Shown here in pieces: positions 52,883 through 58,845 of a DNA stretch of 58,845 nucleotides. The notes beneath the pieces were generated by a model. That model was not told the origin of the DNA, ran no database searches, and saw nothing but the letters and a program-made list of their open reading frames with translations. Source of the stretch: Acidobacteriota bacterium. Its GTDB lineage: Bacteria; Acidobacteriota; Vicinamibacteria; Vicinamibacterales; 2-12-FULL-66-21. How positions within the stretch are numbered: the stretch's first letter is position 1; every line of letters starts with the position of its first letter. The stretch spans positions 1 through 58,845 of the forward strand of contig JBKPTT010000149.1 of the NCBI GenBank assembly GCA_046735635.1, given 5' to 3'. A program made the translations under genes and the position numbers.

Positions 52883-54841
52883 TCAGGCCCCCGACTGTTG
52901 ATCGTTTCTTGCGTCCTCGAGCGCCCGCTTCGAGAGAATCACTGGATGGGACATGCGGCTGCGCCCCGGCTGCCGCGGTGCCGGCACGCGCACCCGTCGA
53001 ATACGGCAGCCGCGCGCGTACGCGACGCCGGCGACATTGGCCGGGATTGATAGACCGGCTATCAGATCGCGAAACTCGTCGCCCTTTGACGCTGCCGCGG
53101 AGTGGCGCTTGCCGGAATCGGGCCGCGCCCATGCGCTCACGGGCATCAGTTTCAGGAGCGGACTGTCGGTTCCTTCTTCAACCCGGAAGTCCGAGAACGG
53201 ATCGTGATCGAGGTCAATCTCGATTTCGAGCTCCGCCGCCTGACGCGCGCGCTCCTCCGCCTCGCGACGAAGGCGTTCCTGTTCCGCGGCTGCTTCCGCC
53301 GCGACGCGTTCGGCTTCTTCCCTCGCCTTTCGCTTGGCCTCTTCCTTCGCCTTGCGGTCGGCTTCCTCTTTGGCGCGCCGTTCCTCTTCTTCCTTGGCGC
53401 GGCGTGCGGCTTCTTCGTTCGCCCGTCGTTCGGCTTCTTCTTTGGCGCGCCGTTCGGCTTCTTCGTTCGCCCTGCGTGCGGCTTCTTCCTTTGCCCGTCG
53501 CGCAGCTTCCTCTTTCGCCCGGCGCTCCGCTTCTTCCTTGGCGCGGCGTGCGGCTTCTTCCTTCGCCCGTCGTTCGGCTTCTTCTTTGGCCCGGCGTGCG
53601 GCTTCTTCCTTTGCCCGGCGCTCGGCTTCTTCCATTGCCCGTCGCGCAGCTTCCTCTTTCGCCCGTCGCTCCGCTTCTTCCTTCGCGCGGCGTGCCGCTT
53701 CTTCCTTGGCGCGACGCTCGGCCTCTTCCTTTGCCCGTCGCTCGGCCTCTTCTTTTGCCCGACGTGCGGCCTCTTCTTTGGCTCGGCGGTCGGCTTCTTC
53801 GTTCGCCCGTCGCTCCGCTTCTTCCTTCGCGCGGTGTGCCGCTTCTTCCTTGGCGCGGCGCTCGGCTTCTTCCTTTGCCCGTCGCTCAGCCTCCTGCTTC
53901 GCCCGCCGTTCCGCTTCTTCCTTGGCCTGGCGCTCCGCCTCGTGCTTCGCCTGGCGCTTTGCCTCGTCTTGCGCCCGACGCTCCGCCTCCACCGTTTCGC
54001 GTTCGAGTCGCTCGGCTTCTTCTTTGGCGCGCCGCTCTTCTTCCCTCGCTCGGCGTTCGGTATCTTGTCTGGCCCGTCGCTCCGCGTCTTCTCTGGCGTC
54101 CCGCTCCGTGTCTTCTCTCGCCCGCCGCTCCTCTTCCAGGCGCCTTGTTTCCTCTTCTTCGGCTACCACCGCGAGCGGCGCATTCGTGACGAGCGGTTTG
54201 CGCGGCGCCGTCTCCTTCTTCTTCTGGCCAGCCGGGTCCGACCGCCGCCACTCGAACGGGGACGCCCAGGAGGATCCGCTGTCCACCGCGGGCTCCTCCG
54301 CCGTCGCGTCGGCCGCGTGCGCTGCCGAATGCGTATCCCGTGCTACAGGCTCATGCGGCGCGGCATCGTCGCGCCGCGACCGCTCGATGACCGGTGGCGG
54401 CGCCAGCGCGACATGCGCCTTCATCTCCGCCGCGCGCGCGATGAACGTGCTGACTTCGTCCGCGAACGCTGTGGGATCGCACCCCGGTATTGCGTCCGCG
54501 CTCTTCTTGCGCCGGAGCTTCCCGAACAGTCCGCCGCCCTCCTGCCCACCGTCGCCGTCGTGCGAAGACGACGCCAGCTGCGGAATCGTGTGCGTCTGGA
54601 CGTGCTCGGCGCCGGACAAGTCGCGCAGGTGCGCGATGAGCTCCTGCTCGTCGCGCGGCGAGAGCAGCGCGGTCAGCAGAATGACGTCGGGAATGCGCGA
54701 CGAGGTGGCGGCGATGGCAGCGTCGCGTGAATCAACGACCATCAGCTCGGCGTGCACTCGATCCCGGATGACGCGCTTGAGCACCGATGCTTGCCGGTGA
54801 TCGGGCTCGAGCGCCAGAACGAACGGGGCGTGACTATGCAA
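52883..54841 (-). CDS. pseudo-receiver (CheY-like, acceptor Asp replaced) protein with an ER/K single-alpha-helix-type repeat region of about 310 aa
   Basis: 652 aa. N-terminus FVLALEPDHRQASVLKRVI...IPDVILLTALLSPRDEQELIAHLRD has the CheY fold pattern with Thr at the D57 position. aa 228-540 are (KEEAxRRA)n. Unique C-terminal domain of about 110 aa. Confidence 0.75.
   Translation of the reverse strand: MHSHAPFVLALEPDHRQASVLKRVIRDRVHAELMVVDSRDAAIAATSSRIPDVILLTALLSPRDEQELIAHLRDLSGAEHVQTHTIPQLASSSHDGDGGQEGGGLFGKLRRKKSADAIPGCDPTAFADEVSTFIARAAEMKAHVALAPPPVIERSRRDDAAPHEPVARDTHSAAHAADATAEEPAVDSGSSWASPFEWRRSDPAGQKKKETAPRKPLVTNAPLAVVAEEEETRRLEEERRAREDTERDAREDAERRARQDTERRAREEERRAKEEAERLERETVEAERRAQDEAKRQAKHEAERQAKEEAERRAKQEAERRAKEEAERRAKEEAAHRAKEEAERRANEEADRRAKEEAARRAKEEAERRAKEEAERRAKEEAARRAKEEAERRAKEEAARRAMEEAERRAKEEAARRAKEEAERRAKEEAARRAKEEAERRAKEEAARRAKEEAARRANEEAERRAKEEAERRANEEAARRAKEEEERRAKEEADRKAKEEAKRKAREEAERVAAEAAAEQERLRREAEERARQAAELEIEIDLDHDPFSDFRVEEGTDSPLLKLMPVSAWARPDSGKRHSAAASKGDEFRDLIAGLSIPANVAGVAYARGCRIRRVRVPAPRQPGRSRMSHPVILSKRALEDARNDQQSGA
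53222..54160 (-). repeat. coding tandem repeat, 24-bp period (AAG GAA GAA GCS GMR CGC CGC GCS), within the ER/K protein gene
   Basis: Dozens of near-identical 8-codon units are visible in the DNA. They generate long shadow ORFs in other frames on both strands. Confidence 0.85.
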
Positions 54842-54863
54842 GGTTCCCAGGCTCCGCGAATGG

Positions 54864-55136
54864 TTACGTTTTCAACATGAAGACGACGAGCACTGCGCCG
54901 ACCGCCGCGAACACGAGCAGCGGCGCGTTTTCGATGCTCTGATGCCTGGCCGCCGACACGACTGCGTTGCCCAGATCCGTGGCGCGATCGCCCCACGGCG
55001 TCAAGCTGCCGCCGGCCCCGCCGTGAACGAAATCGTTGAACGCGTCGTGCACGCGATCGTCGACCGACACGAGCACCAACAGCACCGCGACGAACACCGC
55101 CGCCGAAGCGATTGCCTGCTTGATCCCCAGCTTCAT
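54864..55136 (-). CDS. small two-TM membrane protein, unknown function
   Basis: 90 aa. IASAAVFVAVLLVLVSV and LLVFAAVGAVLVVFML. Ends 22 nt upstream of the pseudo-receiver gene. Confidence 0.5.
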   Translation of the reverse strand: MKLGIKQAIASAAVFVAVLLVLVSVDDRVHDAFNDFVHGGAGGSLTPWGDRATDLGNAVVSAARHQSIENAPLLVFAAVGAVLVVFMLKT

Positions 55137-55595
55137 TGGCGAAAGACCCCTTGTGAATTGCCGTTCGTCGTGCCGTACGAACGGGTGCAGACGCCGTCAA
55201 CGCAAGCGATGTGCCGAGGCCCGAAGCGGGTGCGAAATTCCGTGCAACCCGCTCGAAAGACAAGTGAAAGGAGAGGAAACGCGCCCGCGCGCGATCGTCT
55301 TCATGCGCGCCGGTTTCAGCGCCATGCACGAATTTGACGAGGCCACTTACGAAAGTGACGAGCGAAGGCGTGTGCGCGCCGGGCGCACGCGGCTCGTCAC
55401 GCGCGAGTACCGGGCCCGGCAATCGGTTCTCGGTGAACCACTTGCGCCCTGCCAGGCGGTTGCGCGCGCGTGCCGTGGCACAGCCGTTGCGATTAGGGGC
55501 CCCGTGGCGCGGCGCGTCGCCGCGCATTTACCAAAATACGCGGCCGCGCCGCTCAATCGCACCGCCCCAGCGGTGCACGGGCCAGGGAGGCTCTC

Positions 55596-55775
55596 ATGAT
55601 GCTTCACGAAATCGTCAAGAAGTTCGCGAACCAGGAAGACGGGCAGGACCTGCTCGAGTACGCGCTGCTCGTGGCGCTGATCGCGCTCGTCGCGATCGGT
55701 GCAGTCGGCCTGGCCGGCGGTGCGGTGAACACGATCTTCACCAACATCGCGAACGCGCTCACCGCGGCGGCGTAG
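55596..55775 (+). CDS. flp: Flp-family type IVb pilin
   Basis: Below the track length cut-off; found manually. GGGAGG SD, MMLHEIVKKFANQEDGQDLLEYALLVALIALVAIGAVGLAGGAVNTIFTNIANALTAAA with the G/xxxxEY processing motif. Confidence 0.85.
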   Translation: MMLHEIVKKFANQEDGQDLLEYALLVALIALVAIGAVGLAGGAVNTIFTNIANALTAAA

Positions 55776-55820
55776 TAACTGCGGTTCGTCAACCCGAACG
55801 GAGCTGAAGGAGCTCACACA

Positions 55821-55994
55821 ATGATCAACTACATCAAGTCGTTCGTGCGCGAGGAAGACGGGCAGGACCTGCTCGAGTATGCGCTGCTCGTAGCGTTGAT
55901 CGCGCTCATCGCGATCGGTGCGGTCGGGCTCGCGGGCGGTGCGGTGAACACGATCTTCACCAATATCGCCAACGCGCTCACGGCGGCGGCGTAG
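55821..55994 (+). CDS. flp: Flp-family type IVb pilin (tandem paralogue)
   Basis: Found manually. MINYIKSFVREEDGQDLLEYALLVALIALIAIGAVGLAGGAVNTIFTNIANALTAAA. Confidence 0.85.
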   Translation: MINYIKSFVREEDGQDLLEYALLVALIALIAIGAVGLAGGAVNTIFTNIANALTAAA

Positions 55995-56077
55995 TCACGT
56001 CACTTGCTGGTGCACGGTCCCAGACCGTGCACCAGCGTTCGTTTCGGTTCGGCAACTTTTATTCTGGGAGGAGCGCG

Positions 56078-56272
56078 ATGCAGTCCCCAGCCGCGGTTGC
56101 GACGTTCAGACAGCTCGCCGAGGAGCGGTTCGGCCGTGAAGAAGGCCAGGACCTCCTCGAGTACGGGTTGCTCGTCGCGCTGATCGCGATGGTCGCGCTC
56201 GGCGCCGTGACGACGCTCGGGAACACGATTACGAACGTGTTCTGGAACGCGATTGCTGCCGCAAGCCTCTAA
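56078..56272 (+). CDS. flp: Flp-family type IVb pilin (divergent third copy)
   Basis: ATG 56078 after a GGGAGG SD: MQSPAAVATFRQLAEERFGREEGQDLLEYGLLVALIAMVALGAV... The longer track start 56027 is rejected. Confidence 0.8.
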   Translation: MQSPAAVATFRQLAEERFGREEGQDLLEYGLLVALIAMVALGAVTTLGNTITNVFWNAIAAASL

Positions 56273-56765
56273 CCCCGCGTTCATCGCGCTCGCGGCGGGC
56301 GCGCTGACTGCAACGGTGATCGACCTCCGCACGCGGCGCATTCCGAACGTGCTGACGGGGTCGCTGGCGGCGGTGGGAATCGGGCTCGCGGCCGCCGGGG
56401 TGAGCGGCGTATCCGTGGGCGCATCGCTCGCGGGACTCGTGCTGGGCCTGGTGCTGATGCTTCCCGGTCACATGATCGGGGCCACCGGAGCCGGCGACGT
56501 GAAGCTGATGGCGGCGGTCGGAGCGGTCATCGGAGTTCACGTGATCGTGAAAGCGTTTCTGTTTACCGCGCTCGTCGGCGGGGTGCTGGCAATCGCGGTG
56601 GCGCTCAGAAGGCGCCGACTCGGCGCGACGCTCTCCGGCACGACGCGCCTGATTGCCTCCCCAGCCGGCGCGCGACAGGAAATCCAAGGCGCCACGAAAG
56701 CGAGCCGGTTCGCCTACGGGCCGGCCATCGCGCTCGGGAGCCTTATGGCAGCCCTGATCGGATGA
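56253..56765 (+). CDS. cpaA: A24-family prepilin peptidase
   Basis: 170 aa. TATVIDLRTRRIPN and GAGDVKLMAAVG catalytic Asp motifs. TTG start is uncertain. Confidence 0.8.
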   Translation: MLPQASNPAFIALAAGALTATVIDLRTRRIPNVLTGSLAAVGIGLAAAGVSGVSVGASLAGLVLGLVLMLPGHMIGATGAGDVKLMAAVGAVIGVHVIVKAFLFTALVGGVLAIAVALRRRRLGATLSGTTRLIASPAGARQEIQGATKASRFAYGPAIALGSLMAALIG

Positions 56766-57205
56766 CAGACGAGGTCGATATGCGCATGAGACTTCGCAAC
56801 CAACGCGGGAACGCTCTGATCGAAACGGCCATCACCGTGCCGATCGTGCTCTTGATTGCCGTCGCCATCTTCGAGTTCGGCCGCGCGTATCAGACGCAGC
56901 AGGTACTGACCAACGCTGCCCGCGAAGGCGCGCGCCAGGCGATCCTCGAAGGCATCACCGATGCTCAAGTCCAGACGACGGTGCGCAATTACCTGACGGG
57001 AGGCGGTCTGACGGGGGTCACTCCCACGATCAACCGGACCGTTTCGTTGAATCCGGCGGGTGGGTGTCCGTGCGGGACGCGCGTCACCATCACGTATCCG
57101 TTCAGCTTTATCGTCCTCCAACCGGTGGCTCAGTTGGTGGTTCGCAGTTCGACCGTGGGAAGAGCGATCACCATGCAGGCGTCCGCGATGATGCGGAACG
57201 AATAA
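56762..57205 (+). CDS. tadE: TadE-like pilus assembly (pseudopilin) protein
   Basis: 147 aa. RGNALIETAITVPIVLLIAVAIFEFGRAY TadE N-terminal motif. Confidence 0.8.
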   Translation: MTDEVDMRMRLRNQRGNALIETAITVPIVLLIAVAIFEFGRAYQTQQVLTNAAREGARQAILEGITDAQVQTTVRNYLTGGGLTGVTPTINRTVSLNPAGGCPCGTRVTITYPFSFIVLQPVAQLVVRSSTVGRAITMQASAMMRNE

Positions 57206-57219
57206 CCGAGGGAACCGTC

Positions 57220-58083
57220 ATGCGAAACCGAATCTTTGCCGTCCTCGCTCTCGCCGTGCTCGCCGGCGGCGGATTGGCGTACGGCACATACAACTTCATC
57301 AACAACCAGCCGGTGAAGTCGGCCAACACGCCGACGCAGCCGGTGGTCGTCGCGGCCGCGGACCTGCAGCTGGGCGCCGAGCTCAAGAAAGAAGATTTGC
57401 TCGTCGTGCAGTTCCCCACCGGCAAGGCGCCGGACGGCACGTTCGCGAAGCCTGATGAAGTCATCGGCCGCGGACTGATCGTCCCGATCGTCAAGAACGA
57501 GCCGATCCTCCGCGCCAAGCTCGCGTCCAAGGAGGCTGGCTCGGGGCTGCCGCCGGTGATTCCCGAGGGCATGCGCGCCGTGTCAGTCCGCGTGAACGAG
57601 GTCGTCGGCGTCGCGGGCTACGTGCTGCCCGGCAACCGAGTCGACGTGCTCGCCACCGCGAGTCCGACCGATCAGCACTCGGATACCACGACGAAGGTCA
57701 TTCTCTCGAACGTGCAGGTCGTGACGGCCGGCACCCGCATGGAGCAGGACCAGGAGAAAGACAAGCCCGTGCAGGTGACCGTCGTGACGCTGCTGGTGAG
57801 CCCCGAGCAGTCCGAACGTCTGGCCCTGGCGAGCACCGAGGGCAAGATTCAGCTGGCGCTGCGCAACCCGCTCGACCTCGGCGCCCCGGAGACGCCCGGC
57901 ATCAAGACCGCGGGTCTTCTGGGCAATGTGAAAACGCCGGGCCCCGTCCGACAGGTCGCTTCGTCGTCGCGCCCGCGCGCGGCGGCGCAGCCGGTGACAC
58001 AACTGGCGCCGCCTCCCCCGCCGCCGATGCCCACGGTTGAAATCATTCGCGGCGATAAGCGCGCGACGGAAGTGATCAAGTAG
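57220..58083 (+). CDS. cpaB: Flp pilus assembly protein CpaB/RcpC
   Basis: ATG 57220: MRNRIFAVLALAVLAGGGLAYG, a SAF-like domain (VVVAAADLQLGAELKKEDL) and an RcpC beta domain. The track 5' extension overlaps tadE. Confidence 0.82.
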   Translation: MRNRIFAVLALAVLAGGGLAYGTYNFINNQPVKSANTPTQPVVVAAADLQLGAELKKEDLLVVQFPTGKAPDGTFAKPDEVIGRGLIVPIVKNEPILRAKLASKEAGSGLPPVIPEGMRAVSVRVNEVVGVAGYVLPGNRVDVLATASPTDQHSDTTTKVILSNVQVVTAGTRMEQDQEKDKPVQVTVVTLLVSPEQSERLALASTEGKIQLALRNPLDLGAPETPGIKTAGLLGNVKTPGPVRQVASSSRPRAAAQPVTQLAPPPPPPMPTVEIIRGDKRATEVIK

Positions 58084-58125
58084 CTGTCACCCGACAGCTC
58101 ATATCTGACGGTTTTGGAGGACCCC

Positions 58126-58845
58126 ATGAATCCGGCTTGCACGGCAGAGTCTCGCGGCAGGCACCGCTCGTTCGTCGCGGCGCTCGTCGTGTTCATCATC
58201 GTGATCCTCGTCGCGGCGCCGCAGGCGGCGCAGCAACAGCAGCAGCCGCCCGCGTCCTTTGCGACCAACGGCGGACTCACGGCCCCGGCGCCGCCGGCCG
58301 CGGAGATCAATGCGACCTCCATCGACCTGCTGGTCGGCCGCTCGACGATCCTGAACGTCGGCGCCACGGTCACGCGCGTGTCGCTGACCGTGCCGGACAT
58401 CGCCGACGCGCTGGTGACGACGCCGACGCAGCTGCTGATTCACGGCAAGCAGCCGGGGATCATCTCGATGTTCGTGTGGGACAAGAGCGGCGCGATTCGC
58501 ACCTACGAGGTGAACGTGCGCCGCGATCTCAGCGCGCTGAAAGAGCAGGTGAAGCAGCTGTTCCCCGGCGAGGGGATCACGGTGACGGGCAGCGGCAAGG
58601 ACGTCGTGCTCTCCGGCGTCGTGTCGGGCCAGTACGTGATCGACAAGGCCGGCGATGTAGCCACCGGATTCGTCGAGAAGAAGGAGAACGTCGTCAACCT
58701 GCTGAAGCAGCGTGAGGGAGTCGCCTCCAACCAGGTGCTGCTGCGCGTCCGGTTCGCGGAAGTCAGCCGCAACGCGCTGCAGGAGCTTGGCGTCTCGCTC
58801 TTCTCAGACGGCAATAACAACTATTTCGGTCGGACCTCGACCCAG
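58126..58845 (+). CDS. cpaC: CpaC/RcpA secretin, N-terminal part (runs off the window)
   Basis: Not in the track (no stop). GGAGGA SD, MNPACTAE...FVAALVVFIIVILVAAPQAA signal, BON/pilus-formation N domain (VTRVSLTVPDIADALVTTPTQLLIHGKQPGIISMFVWD) and secretin start LLRVRFAEVSRNALQELG. Confidence 0.8.
   Translation, partial: MNPACTAESRGRHRSFVAALVVFIIVILVAAPQAAQQQQQPPASFATNGGLTAPAPPAAEINATSIDLLVGRSTILNVGATVTRVSLTVPDIADALVTTPTQLLIHGKQPGIISMFVWDKSGAIRTYEVNVRRDLSALKEQVKQLFPGEGITVTGSGKDVVLSGVVSGQYVIDKAGDVATGFVEKKENVVNLLKQREGVASNQVLLRVRFAEVSRNALQELGVSLFSDGNNNYFGRTSTQ

Noticed and set aside
52507-54800. Three long plus-strand ORFs (52507..54189, 53102..54730, 53334..54800) with repetitive translations such as SASSFARRAASS and LLPLPVAQLP
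   Set aside because: They are off-frame or antisense readings of the 24-bp ER/K coding repeat. The minus-strand frame gives a coherent receiver-like N-terminus, an ER/K helix and a unique C-terminus with a proper start and stop context.
45949-55136. Helicase-methylase cluster as part of a mobile genomic island, or as a BREX/DISARM locus
   Set aside because: No integrase, transposase, tRNA, direct-repeat boundaries or obvious compositional shift was seen. PglZ, BrxC, BrxL, DrmA, DrmB and DrmC equivalents are absent from both flanks. The cluster is therefore reported as an unclassified module, not as a known system.
54742-55527. 261-aa minus-strand ORF and 187-aa plus-strand ORF (55036..55599) in the region upstream of flp
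   Set aside because: Both are Arg/Gly/Ala-rich. They overlap the better-supported small TM gene (54864..55136) or run through a structured non-coding region, and neither has an SD.

Overview
Visibly GC-rich, gene-dense bacterial chromosomal segment with no rRNA, tRNA, CRISPR array, transposase or integrase detected. The gene content (ADOP-type duplicated FtsX permease, DUF1800/DUF1501 pair, ECF sigma coupled to a TPR Ser/Thr kinase, Tad/Flp pilus) suggests Acidobacteriota or a related soil phylum; this is inference. Gene order, left to right:
- Divergent arginine cluster argD-argB-argC / argR-argG-argH.
- Beta-barrel OMP, group-II PLP decarboxylase, two secreted or membrane hypotheticals, a YihY-family protein, thiO.
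- tetR-MFP-RND efflux operon in which the RND pump reads in frame into a TolC-like outer-membrane factor (1587 aa).
- Pterin dehydratase and a MerR regulator.
- A long minus-strand run: two CrtI/PYROXD2-like flavoproteins, DUF1800, DUF1501, a D-threonine-aldolase-like PLP enzyme and an orphan BMC-H shell protein.
- GcvT-like protein; ECF sigma + Ser/Thr kinase; small basic protein + SagB-type dehydrogenase; ADOP permease; truncated pseudokinase.
- Rieske oxygenase, APC permease, multi-TM protein, amidohydrolase, panE.
- Sulfur module: MBL-rhodanese, TauE, DUF1634.
- A minus-strand cluster: small TM protein, pseudo-receiver/ER-K repeat protein, SNF2 ATPase, PglX/MmeI-like N6-adenine methyltransferase, membrane GAF/degenerate-DHp protein.
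- Start of a Tad pilus locus: 3 flp, cpaA, tadE, cpaB, cpaC (partial).

The best candidate for an undescribed system is the translationally coupled SNF2 ATPase - methyltransferase - GAF sensor-stub module at 45949-52744. It has a GTGA and an ATGA overlap, and none of the BREX, DISARM or Type ISP partner genes are present.

Other notable items:
- The RND-OMF fusion, which retains an internal signal peptide.
- The orphan BMC-H with a changed pore loop.
- Two families of GTAG-hairpin (REP-like) elements.
- Several short-period (7, 9 and 10 bp) intergenic tandem repeat arrays.

Many long ORFs in the track are antisense or off-frame shadows typical of high-GC DNA and were not called.
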